NCBI GenBank assembly: GCA_944392235.1
Contig: CALXVZ010000001.1
Coordinates: forward strand, 19,059 to 83,058
DNA from: an uncultured Alphaproteobacteria bacterium
GTDB lineage: Bacteria; Pseudomonadota; Alphaproteobacteria; RF32; CAG-239
DNA length: 64,000 nucleotides
Direction of reading: 5' to 3'
Part shown: piece by piece, positions 47,293 through 56,217 of the stretch
Position numbering within the stretch: the stretch's first letter is position 1
Layout: the number at the start of each line of letters is the position of its first letter
Position numbers and translations under genes: made by a program
Notes under the pieces: model-generated
Told to the model about the DNA's origin: nothing
The model's input: only the letters and a program-made list of their open reading frames with translations
The model's database searches: none

Positions 47293-49149
47293 CTAAGATA
47301 TATCTTCACTTAACTCCATCCACTTTTCTTCTGTTGCGGTTATTTCTTGCTCTATATTATATAATTCTATTTGTATTTTAGCAATTTCACTACCAGAAAC
47401 TTGAGCAAATTGTTGCAACAATTCTGCTTTTTTAGCCTCCAATTTATTTAACTCTTGTTCTATTTGTCGCAACTCTGCTCTGATTTTACGGTCTTGTTTA
47501 TTATTAAATGTATTCTTTTCAATAACTGTTTCTTCTTGCTTAGAGACTTCTATTTCTTTCTTATCCGTTTTTTCTTTTGTTTTTATTTCTTTTTTTAGCA
47601 AAAATGCTCGGTAATCTTCTAAATCTCCTTCAAATGCTGTGCAGGTGTTGTTATGCACTAGCCACAAATTATCGACGACCATTTCCAATAAATGGAAATC
47701 ATGCGAAATTAGAATAATCGCTCCATTATATGCATTTAAGGCTTCCGCCAGTGCGGTTCTTCCTTCCATATCTAGGTGGTTTGTTGGTTCATCGAAAATC
47801 AACAATTCCGGCTTATCTATGGATATTCTTGCAAAAAGTAATCTTGTTTTCTCTCCTCCTGACAAGGCTTTAATTTGCGTAACCGCTTTTTCTTGCTCCA
47901 ATCCGAAATTGCCTAAATGAGCTCTTATATTTTTCTCTGGAACATCCGGTTCTATTGACTTCATATACTCTGTCGGGGTTAACTCTAATGGTAGCTCTTC
48001 GGTCTGATTTTGATTGAAATAGCCAATTTTCAATTTACCACTCTTTCTCATACTTCCTTCCATCATCGGAAGATGTGATGACAACATTTTCACTAACGTC
48101 GACTTTCCGTTACCATTCTTTCCCAATAACGCAATTCTGTCATCTTGATTAATATAAAAATTCAGTTTTCTTAAAACAACTTTTTCTCCATATCCTACAA
48201 CACCTCCCTCTACCGTTATTAATGGAGATGGTAATGTCTTTATTTCAGGAAACAAAAATCGACTTTCTTTATCTTGAGCGACCTCTTCTATATTCTCCAT
48301 TTTTTCCAGCATTTTTATACGACTTTGTGCTTGGCGGGCTTTGGTGGCTTTATATCTGAATCTTTCTACAAATGATTGCAGATGAGCTCTTCTTTCATTT
48401 TGCTTTTTTATCTGTTTATTGACTAACTCTATTTTTTGAGCATATTGGCGAGAAAACGTATCGTAATTTCCCCCATATTGAACAAGTTTCTTGCCTTCAA
48501 AATGCAAAATTCCTTCGCATACATTATTCAGAAAATCTCTATCGTGACTTATCAGCAAGACTGTTCCTTTATATTTTTGCAAATAGCTCTCTAACCAGAC
48601 TATTGCCTCTAAGTCCAAATGGTTTGTCGGCTCATCCAAAAATAAAATATCTGACCGCTGGAACAAGGCTCCGGCTAAATTTAAACGCATTTGCCAACCA
48701 CCTGAAAAATCTTTTACAGGTCTTGTTAAATCTTCTTGATTAAATCCTAAGCCGACTAAAATTTCCGCTGTTCTTGCTTCTGCCGAATCGGACTCCATTA
48801 TCCATAATTGTTCCATTATTTCCGGCAATTCTTCCGGCTGAGCAGTCTTTTCTTTGTTTCGCAATTCTATTAATCTTTTATCCTTGCCCAATACATATTC
48901 TAAAATAGGCTTTTGTAAATCTTCTTCTTTTATCTCTTGTTCAACAAAGGCTTTTAATTGATTTTTACCACACATGACCTCGCCGCTGTTGACGTCATGT
49001 TCTCCCTTCAACACCCTGAATAATGTGGTTTTACCACAGCCATTCTTCCCGACTATGCCTATTTTTTGCCCATCAGAAATTTGTGCCGACGCATCCTCCA
49101 ATAGAAATTTTGAAGCAATTTGAACGGTTATATTCTCTAATTTTATCAT
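47293..49149 (-). CDS. ABC-F family ATPase (two ABC domains plus a C-terminal coiled coil)
   Basis: Two Walker A motifs (GKNGCGKTT, GKNGNGKST), two signature motifs (FSGGWQMRL, LSGGEKTRL) and two Walker B motifs (LFLDEPTNHLD, LIFDEPTNHLD). No TM domain. Confidence 0.9.
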   Translation of the reverse strand: MIKLENITVQIASKFLLEDASAQISDGQKIGIVGKNGCGKTTLFRVLKGEHDVNSGEVMCGKNQLKAFVEQEIKEEDLQKPILEYVLGKDKRLIELRNKEKTAQPEELPEIMEQLWIMESDSAEARTAEILVGLGFNQEDLTRPVKDFSGGWQMRLNLAGALFQRSDILFLDEPTNHLDLEAIVWLESYLQKYKGTVLLISHDRDFLNNVCEGILHFEGKKLVQYGGNYDTFSRQYAQKIELVNKQIKKQNERRAHLQSFVERFRYKATKARQAQSRIKMLEKMENIEEVAQDKESRFLFPEIKTLPSPLITVEGGVVGYGEKVVLRKLNFYINQDDRIALLGKNGNGKSTLVKMLSSHLPMMEGSMRKSGKLKIGYFNQNQTEELPLELTPTEYMKSIEPDVPEKNIRAHLGNFGLEQEKAVTQIKALSGGEKTRLLFARISIDKPELLIFDEPTNHLDMEGRTALAEALNAYNGAIILISHDFHLLEMVVDNLWLVHNNTCTAFEGDLEDYRAFLLKKEIKTKEKTDKKEIEVSKQEETVIEKNTFNNKQDRKIRAELRQIEQELNKLEAKKAELLQQFAQVSGSEIAKIQIELYNIEQEITATEEKWMELSEDIS

Positions 49150-50192
49150 TATTTTTTTCCTTTTTTATATGATGGGTATTGCGGTTTTTGATATTCTTTT
49201 TCTACCTCATAAAAATTCATTGGCTCTTCAATCTTTTTACCTAATATCTGGCTAGCTTCCTCTGCTGTAAAGTTAAACTCGAAAAATGTTTCCGGCAAAC
49301 TCTCATCTTGGGGTATCTCGACATTCCCCAATGGACTTTCCTCCATTCTTTTTTTCAAACGCGGTAAAAAGCGTTGCATACTCTCATCTTCTTTTATATC
49401 ATTTTCATTATGGAAGAAATAATATCCATAATCTATGGCTGTTCCTTCCGGATGCCCCCGCTTTTTCTTATTCATAAACTCAGCAAATGATTTTGTGATA
49501 TAATGGTTAACTCTTGCCTTATCCCCCGAAATATTAAAGTTAAGCATATACTCAACCGGCTTATGGTATTCATTTACGCTTTTACCTTTAACCGGTATAT
49601 AATGATTTGCTCCAAAACTCTTAAAATTAATTACTGATTCTGGACGAACTATTGACTTTACTGTATGATTTAATTTTGCTCCATGAGCCGTAAATACTTC
49701 TGTTAACAATCCGTCTTTTCGCTTAAACAAACCATTGTCGCCATAATTCATCCAATGTAGACTGACTTCATCGACGTCCTTAAATTCTTTCAGAAACTCT
49801 ATCATATTATCAGCCTTTAATGGAACTAAGAATTCATCTAAATCGATAAAAGCCATCCATGTGCTTTCTTTGCCATGCTCTTTAATGACTTTATCATAGC
49901 ACACTAATTGCTGATTTTTTCCAGGAAGCAATATATAGGTTATTATTCCTTTTTCTATATATGGCCGTAAATACTCTCGACTTCCATCGCTACTTTCATT
50001 ATCGCATAAATAAAAATGCTCTACACCTTGCAATTTATGATATTCGAGCCACTCTTTTAGGTAAGGCTTTTCATTTTTCATTATCGCAGTTATACTTAAT
50101 TTATATTTATGAGGGATGAATACCTTCTTTCCGGCATATATACATACTCCGGCTATAAGTGCTATCCCTATAAATAATGTGGCTTTTTTCAT
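49149..50192 (-). CDS. Glycosyltransferase family 92 / GT2-like (Glyco_tranf_2_4-type) protein with an N-terminal anchor
   Basis: SITAIMKNEKPYLKEWLEYHKLQGVEHFYLCDNESSDGS...AFIDLDEF. The stop shares one nucleotide with the ABC-F start (TAATG). Confidence 0.6.
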   Translation of the reverse strand: MKKATLFIGIALIAGVCIYAGKKVFIPHKYKLSITAIMKNEKPYLKEWLEYHKLQGVEHFYLCDNESSDGSREYLRPYIEKGIITYILLPGKNQQLVCYDKVIKEHGKESTWMAFIDLDEFLVPLKADNMIEFLKEFKDVDEVSLHWMNYGDNGLFKRKDGLLTEVFTAHGAKLNHTVKSIVRPESVINFKSFGANHYIPVKGKSVNEYHKPVEYMLNFNISGDKARVNHYITKSFAEFMNKKKRGHPEGTAIDYGYYFFHNENDIKEDESMQRFLPRLKKRMEESPLGNVEIPQDESLPETFFEFNFTAEEASQILGKKIEEPMNFYEVEKEYQKPQYPSYKKGKK

Positions 50193-50195
50193 ATC

Positions 50196-50642
50196 TTATG
50201 CAAAATTTTCCATGATGTTATGTTGGTGGCAAGCATCCTTTACCAATAAAGTTGTAACTGGTGCTTTTGAATATTTTTGGAATAATATTCCATGTCCTAA
50301 ACATAATCCAAAATTAATATTTAATTCTGTTTTCTGTTCATTCAAATATTGGGCTTGCGATTTAGGATCACACGAAGCTCCGGAAAGTTCTGCTGACAAT
50401 TCTGACGCATCTAATCCCGACTCCTTGCAATTTACTATAACGGCATCTATTCCTTCTTCTGCAAGTAATTGTTTTAGTTTTTCGGCTATATCCTTAACAG
50501 AAAAGCAACTGGCTATACCTATTTTGTGATAACCATTTAATTTTACAAAGTTGACTAACTCTTTGATTCGAGACGGATTTCGCGATTGATTTGTTAAACA
50601 CATAAATTCTTTATCTTCTTGTGTGTAAATCCCTTTTTCCAT
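50196..50642 (-). CDS. DUF1847-like putative metal-binding protein
   Basis: IGIASCFSV..., CDPKSQAQYLNE..., NINFGLCLGHGILFQKYSKAPVTTLLVKDACHQHN resembles my recollection of the DUF1847 C-terminal signature (GLCVGHD.LF.k.s.aPVTTL.VKD...HNP). Confidence 0.45.
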   Translation of the reverse strand: MEKGIYTQEDKEFMCLTNQSRNPSRIKELVNFVKLNGYHKIGIASCFSVKDIAEKLKQLLAEEGIDAVIVNCKESGLDASELSAELSGASCDPKSQAQYLNEQKTELNINFGLCLGHGILFQKYSKAPVTTLLVKDACHQHNIMENFA

Positions 50643-50782
50643 AGTCCTTACCTTAAAATAATGTTAACCTTGTTTGTATACTATAACAACTATTCTATAA
50701 CACAAGACAAATAAGCACACTTATTCCATATTATTTCTTTGATAATGTTCTGTGGGCTTTTAATGAAAAAGAGTGGAGTTTT

Positions 50783-52162
50783 ATGAGTAAATATTTATCT
50801 TTTGTGCCGTTAAGCATGTATAATATTGCAGCTTTTTTGCGTTCTCAGTTATTCTTATTGCCTGTATTGTTGTTTTTTTATCAAGAAAACGGCCTAACTG
50901 TTGGAGATTTTTATCTTATTCAGGGATTAATCGTATTTTTTGCCTTTTTATTTGAAATTCCTGCAGGTTATCTTGGTGATATCTTCCCTAGAAAATATAT
51001 TCTCATTACTGCTTATTCTCTCTTTCTTGGCAGATTGTTTTTATGGATTTTCTTTAGAGGTTTCGAAATTATTCTTATCGGTGAATTTCTTTATGCTTGC
51101 TCTAAAGCTTGTTTTGACTCGGTCTCTTCTTCCTTTATCTATGATATTTTGAAAAAGAACAACGAAGAAGCTAAAATGGTTAAAGCTTATTCGAACTTTA
51201 ATGCTGCTATGTATATCGGAACGGGAATCGCTGCACTACTCGGTGCCGGACTTTATGAAAAACTTGGTTCTCATGTTTTGTTAATTGCTGAATTTATTAT
51301 CTACTCTACGGCTATTTTATTGCTTTCTCTTCTTCCAAACGCTCATCAACCTACCTCTAATTTAGTTGTTTCGCTTAAAGATAGATTAAAAAGATTTTGG
51401 GTAGCTGTTCGTTATATTCTTAAGTCTCGTAAATATTGCTATCTGGTGCTTTTTTCCGGTTTTATGGTTGGGGTATCTCACTTCTTCTTCTGGAGCTTTC
51501 AACCTTTGATGAAAAGTTCCGGTATCAACCCTTCTGTCTCTCTTACAGATTTAGCTGATACAATTGGATGGGATGCTCGTGTTTTCGGAGATGTTGTTTG
51601 GAACTATCTAATTGGCTTAAATTGGCTTGATTATATTAAAGTTATGGGCGTCGTTATTTTTATTAATAACCTTATCCGCTCTTCTTTTAGCTATTTCGCT
51701 GCCGCTATGGCTAAACGTATTTCTCTTTTTAATCTTGGTAATATCTCTTTTGTCATGGAAATTATCGGTTGTGCTTTATCCTTTATTTTAATGAAAATGG
51801 GACATATCTCTCCTCTTCATTGTTTGCTCTTTATTATTTTCTTATGCATTTGCATTGGTCTACAACTAATGTTTACCATCACACACATCAGTCGTTTGCA
51901 TCGTCTTATTAATCCGAAAATTCGTTCTCTTTCTTCCTCGGTTAATATGATGACAGGTCGTCTTATGACGTCTATTATGCTTATGGCTCCGAAATTTTTA
52001 CTTGAGCATGAGGGTGAAGCTACCGGACTTCGGGTTATTGATATTTTCTGGATTTACGCCCTTATTTTTATTCCTATCGGCGTCTACTTTATTTATAAAA
52101 TCTTTAAATATAACGTCCATGCGGCTCATGCACTTATGCATGTTAGTGATGAAAAGGCTTAA
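50783..52162 (+). CDS. MFS-type transporter
   Basis: About 12 TM. Loop motif GYLGDIFPRKYILI (MFS G-x-L-x-D-R/x-x-G-R-K-like) after TM2. Confidence 0.7.
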   Translation: MSKYLSFVPLSMYNIAAFLRSQLFLLPVLLFFYQENGLTVGDFYLIQGLIVFFAFLFEIPAGYLGDIFPRKYILITAYSLFLGRLFLWIFFRGFEIILIGEFLYACSKACFDSVSSSFIYDILKKNNEEAKMVKAYSNFNAAMYIGTGIAALLGAGLYEKLGSHVLLIAEFIIYSTAILLLSLLPNAHQPTSNLVVSLKDRLKRFWVAVRYILKSRKYCYLVLFSGFMVGVSHFFFWSFQPLMKSSGINPSVSLTDLADTIGWDARVFGDVVWNYLIGLNWLDYIKVMGVVIFINNLIRSSFSYFAAAMAKRISLFNLGNISFVMEIIGCALSFILMKMGHISPLHCLLFIIFLCICIGLQLMFTITHISRLHRLINPKIRSLSSSVNMMTGRLMTSIMLMAPKFLLEHEGEATGLRVIDIFWIYALIFIPIGVYFIYKIFKYNVHAAHALMHVSDEKA

Positions 52163-52164
52163 AT

Positions 52165-54168
52165 ATGAATCGTATTTATCAAATTCTTCTCATTTGCTTT
52201 TCCTTGTTTATATCTTCACTCTCTTATGCCGCGGATATTAGTCTTAAAATTTCTGCTGATAAAACTTGGACCTCTTGGGGAGACTATATCTTAGGACAAG
52301 ATCTAAAACAGGGGTTTGAAGATATCGGATATTCCGTTTCTCCAGCGTATATGGATGATTTTTATCCTCAAGATAGCTTAGATGCTCCTGTTGATGTCTA
52401 TATGCATGGCTTTATCCCTTTTAATCCTCCTATTAATAAAAATAAATTCAATGTGCTCTATCTTTATTATCCTCTTGAAACGGCTAATATGTATAAATTT
52501 AAAAATCTTAAAGATATCAATGAACCTCTGTGGATGTCTCTACAAACGGAACTTTGGGACTTTCAACTTATTGCCGTTGCTTCGCCTTCTTACCAAAAAG
52601 AAATAGAAAAACTTGGCATCAAAACTATTTTTGTCCCTCAGTTCACAAATCCCAAAAAATTCTTTTACGAATATGATAAAAATGCAGCGTATGACATTCT
52701 CTTCGTGGGACGTCCCGGATATGAGCGTATTAGTGCTAAATGGGCTATAGAACTTGGTTTTGATGTTGCATTATTTGGCGAGGGTTGGGAATACCTAGCT
52801 CCGAAAGAAATGGTTAAAGGTGCTTATATTGATAATAATGAACTGCATAAATATTACTCCTCGGCTAAAATTGTCTTAAATGATACTCGTTATGATATGA
52901 AAAAAGCTGGTTTCATCAGTAATCGAGTGTTTGATGTTACTGCTAGCGGAGGATTCTTAATCTCTGACTATATGCCTGAAATCGAACAGTTTTATGGCGA
53001 TGCGATTCCTATGTTTAAATCTAAAGAAGATTTGAAACGTTTACTTGATTATTACCTTAATCATCCAGAAGAACGAGCAGAAAAAGCTAAAAAAGCTCAG
53101 CAAATTACTCTAGCACATTTTACGTCTACTCTCGCTGCTCATAAAATTATGAATTCAGTTCATGATTTACAAAAATCTTCTTCTGATCCGTCTCATCTGG
53201 ACTACTCTAAATTGGCAATCAAAAGCCCTTGGCCGGCTGATGCTCAAAATATTGGAGAATATTGGTTAGAAAAAGATTTAGAAATGGGCTTAAAACAAAG
53301 TGGATTTGATGTTAGAACCTACTATTTTAATCAAAAATTCAATCTTGATGACTTTTACCATAAAGCAGGAAATCTTCTCTATATGCAGTTCAAATATAAT
53401 AGAACAGATTTTGAAGATGAAAATAAAAATCGTATTATGTATCTCTATTTTCCTACGGAAATCCCTGATACCTCTAAATTTAAAAATACAGAAGATACTT
53501 TCATCTATAATACTGACGCTTCTCTTAATGATGAACTACAATATTTTGACTTAATCGCAACGCCTGCAGAGGCTCTTATCCCTGAACTTTTGAAAAAAGG
53601 TCATAATGCCGTTTTTGTCCCTCAATTTACTAATCCGCAAAAGTTTAAATATCAGTATGATGATAGTGTTAAATCTGAGTTACTTTTTGTTGGCTCTCCT
53701 TGGTATGATCGTGTTAGTGTTCGTTATGCTATCGAATATGGATATGATATTTCTGTTTATGGGCTACAGTGGAAAGGGAAAATCCCTGATGAATATATTA
53801 AAGGCGAATATATTGATAATAATTCGCTTAATCGATACTATTCCTCTGCAAAAATAGTGTTGAGTGATCATCCTGATGATTTGGCTGAAATGGGGTTGGT
53901 TATTAACAGACTTTATGATGCTTCTGCTGTTGGAGCTTTCGTAATCTCTGAATATAGTCCTTATATCGAAAAAATATTTGGTGATGCTATTCCTATGTAT
54001 AAAAACAAGGAAGAGTTCAAGCAACTTATTGACTATTATCTCTCCAATCCTGATGAACGACAAAAAAAAGCACTAGATGCTCAACGCATCACTTTGCAAA
54101 ATTTCACTAATGAATCTGTTTCCCTTAAATTAAAACAACTTTTTGAAACGATTAGGAGAAATAAATAA
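52165..54168 (+). CDS. Exported protein with two tandem CgeB-like (Glyco_trans_1_2 / DUF3880-type) modules
   Basis: Signal peptide MNRIYQILLICFSLFISSLSYA-AD. The two halves are clearly homologous: VFVPQFTNPKKFFYEYD...YYSSAKIVLND...NRVFDVTASGGFLISDY...FGDAIPMFKSKEDLKRLLDYYLNHPEER versus VFVPQFTNPQKFKYQYD...YYSSAKIVLSD...NRLYDASAVGAFVISEY...FGDAIPMYKNKEEFKQLIDYYLSNPDER. Confidence 0.65.
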   Translation: MNRIYQILLICFSLFISSLSYAADISLKISADKTWTSWGDYILGQDLKQGFEDIGYSVSPAYMDDFYPQDSLDAPVDVYMHGFIPFNPPINKNKFNVLYLYYPLETANMYKFKNLKDINEPLWMSLQTELWDFQLIAVASPSYQKEIEKLGIKTIFVPQFTNPKKFFYEYDKNAAYDILFVGRPGYERISAKWAIELGFDVALFGEGWEYLAPKEMVKGAYIDNNELHKYYSSAKIVLNDTRYDMKKAGFISNRVFDVTASGGFLISDYMPEIEQFYGDAIPMFKSKEDLKRLLDYYLNHPEERAEKAKKAQQITLAHFTSTLAAHKIMNSVHDLQKSSSDPSHLDYSKLAIKSPWPADAQNIGEYWLEKDLEMGLKQSGFDVRTYYFNQKFNLDDFYHKAGNLLYMQFKYNRTDFEDENKNRIMYLYFPTEIPDTSKFKNTEDTFIYNTDASLNDELQYFDLIATPAEALIPELLKKGHNAVFVPQFTNPQKFKYQYDDSVKSELLFVGSPWYDRVSVRYAIEYGYDISVYGLQWKGKIPDEYIKGEYIDNNSLNRYYSSAKIVLSDHPDDLAEMGLVINRLYDASAVGAFVISEYSPYIEKIFGDAIPMYKNKEEFKQLIDYYLSNPDERQKKALDAQRITLQNFTNESVSLKLKQLFETIRRNK

Positions 54169-55151
54169 TGAAAAAATATCTTTTACTCTATATTGCTTTA
54201 TTGATTGGTTGTGCTGTCTTGCTTTTTTATTCTAGAATCTTAGAGAAATCTTCTGCTCTATCATCTTTAATGCATAAAAATGATAATATTGTTTCCCTTA
54301 TTTATATTAATACGCATGCTTCTCCTATGACACCGCTCTATCGTCAAGCAAAAAAATTGCAGAATGCTTTTGAGAAAATTGGTTTAAATGTTGTTTTATC
54401 TGACATGAATCATACTCGGAGTGGAGATTTTAATCTCTATATTGCCGAAAATTTAAATAACTTGCCTAAAGTCTTAGATCCTAATGCTATCAATATATTA
54501 TGGCTTCCTATGGTCTATGAAACTGATGATGTTTCCCCACTTCGACCTTTTGATGTTGTTGTTGTCAAAAGTATTGAAGCTTTTAATCACTTGAAGGCTA
54601 TTAATGTTAGAACTGCTTTTATTCCTGATGCTATCAACATAAAAGATATTCCTCTTTCTCAGCCTTCAAAAAAAGCTATGTTTTATGGTGATAATCAAGG
54701 ATTTTCTCTTTCTCTTTATATTGCGGGGAAAAATAATTTAAGCTTGGATATTTATGGAAATGGTTTTGAAAATTTTTGGCCTCAAGATGAAATTATTGCA
54801 TCTTCTCCTTCTCTTAATGATTTTTCTCAATATGCTGTTGTATTAGTCGATCAAAGTGAAAATACTATTCGTGATGGGCTTCTGGATACAAAAATCATTG
54901 AAGCTCTTGAAAATGGTGGTGTGCCTTTTCTTCGATTCAATAATGGAATTTACAAAATTTTTGGTGATGCTTTGCCTCTTTATCATAATGAAGACGAATT
55001 TGTCAGCCTCTTAAATCAAATGAAAAATAACCCTAAACTTATTTTGCAAATCAGGCAAAATTTAAGACAAATCTCTCAAAAATGGAATTCTGTTTCTCAA
55101 GCTCAGAAATTTTCCGAACTTTTTGAAATTATGCAGAAAAAAAGAAGATAA
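54168..55151 (+). CDS. Third, more divergent CgeB-like module protein (N-terminal anchor/lipobox)
   Basis: LLIGC-A lipobox-like N-terminus. C-terminus ...ENGGVPFLRFNNGIYKIFGDALPLYHNEDEFVSLLNQMKNNPKL parallels the modules of the preceding gene. The start overlaps the upstream stop (TAATG). Confidence 0.55.
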   Translation: MKKYLLLYIALLIGCAVLLFYSRILEKSSALSSLMHKNDNIVSLIYINTHASPMTPLYRQAKKLQNAFEKIGLNVVLSDMNHTRSGDFNLYIAENLNNLPKVLDPNAINILWLPMVYETDDVSPLRPFDVVVVKSIEAFNHLKAINVRTAFIPDAINIKDIPLSQPSKKAMFYGDNQGFSLSLYIAGKNNLSLDIYGNGFENFWPQDEIIASSPSLNDFSQYAVVLVDQSENTIRDGLLDTKIIEALENGGVPFLRFNNGIYKIFGDALPLYHNEDEFVSLLNQMKNNPKLILQIRQNLRQISQKWNSVSQAQKFSELFEIMQKKRR

Positions 55152-55172
55152 TTTCTAAATCTCATATAAATT

Positions 55173-55200
55173 AAAAGGCTGACAATTTGCCAGCCTTTCT
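55173..55200. terminator. Bidirectional terminator between convergent operons
   Basis: aaggctg acaatttgc cagcctt. On the minus strand it is followed by ttttaattt. Confidence 0.6.
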
Positions 55201-55216
55201 CTTACTTGTTTTTATC

Positions 55217-56197
55217 TTAATTTTGGTAAGATAAATGTCCGTTTTCCAATTTAGCATGTCCTCCAAGAGGAATTGTTAATAACGGAGCTGAATGCCCAAA
55301 ATCAACATTGGCTAAAATCGGTAAATCCTTTAATTCTGCTTTAGTATTGACGATAAACTCAAGACCTTCTCTGGTTACTTTTGATCCTTTTTGGAAACGC
55401 CCAATAACGATACCTTTAACATTTACAAAATCATCTTGGTATATCAATGCTTGCAAATTACGCTCAAAATCAGCCAAAGGACTGTTTTCCGTATCCTCTA
55501 TAAACAATATGGTGTCATTTTCAAATTTCGGACGATATGAAGTGCCTAACAACAAATTAAATGTGCATAAATTTCCACCGATAATTGTTCCTTCTGCCAT
55601 ACCTTTGTGAATATTCCAATAACCCTCATTTGCTTCAAATTCGCGTTTTTCTTGGTCTATAAACCATAAATCATCACTCCATATTTGTGATGGTTCTATC
55701 TCATCTTTACCATCTGTTATCAACATTTTGATAAAGTGCTCAAACGTATAATCACAACCTTTTTTCATTCCTAAAGAACTAAAATGCGGACCATAATAGG
55801 TTATTAAACCCGTTTTAGACAATATCGCATTTTCTAATGCCGTAATATCTGAAAACCCACAAAATACTTTCGGATTTTGGCGAATTAAATCATAATCCAA
55901 ATATTTCAATAATTGGTTTGAATTTGCTCCGCCTATTATTGTCATAATTCCTTTTACGCTCTTATCTGAAAATGCGGTATGAATATCTGAAACTCTTTTT
56001 TCGATTGAACTTGAGCCCATATAATCCCAATTTTCATCTATCGCATTAGGGGCAAATACAACTTCTAAACCCAAACTTTCCAAACGTTCTTTTGCTATTT
56101 CTCTTACGTCTTTGCCGATTATCTTTACACCTCTTGCTGGTGCAATAATCATTACTTTATCACCTTTTTGTAATCTATTCGGTATTATTTTTTCCAT
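55217..56197 (-). CDS. LD-carboxypeptidase (peptidase S66, MccF/LdcA-like)
   Basis: GDKVMIIAPA, nucleophile motif CGFSDITAL, and C-terminal ...DFGHSAP. Confidence 0.8.
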   Translation of the reverse strand: MEKIIPNRLQKGDKVMIIAPARGVKIIGKDVREIAKERLESLGLEVVFAPNAIDENWDYMGSSSIEKRVSDIHTAFSDKSVKGIMTIIGGANSNQLLKYLDYDLIRQNPKVFCGFSDITALENAILSKTGLITYYGPHFSSLGMKKGCDYTFEHFIKMLITDGKDEIEPSQIWSDDLWFIDQEKREFEANEGYWNIHKGMAEGTIIGGNLCTFNLLLGTSYRPKFENDTILFIEDTENSPLADFERNLQALIYQDDFVNVKGIVIGRFQKGSKVTREGLEFIVNTKAELKDLPILANVDFGHSAPLLTIPLGGHAKLENGHLSYQN

Positions 56198-56217
56198 TTT
56201 CTCTCCCTTTCTTTTTA

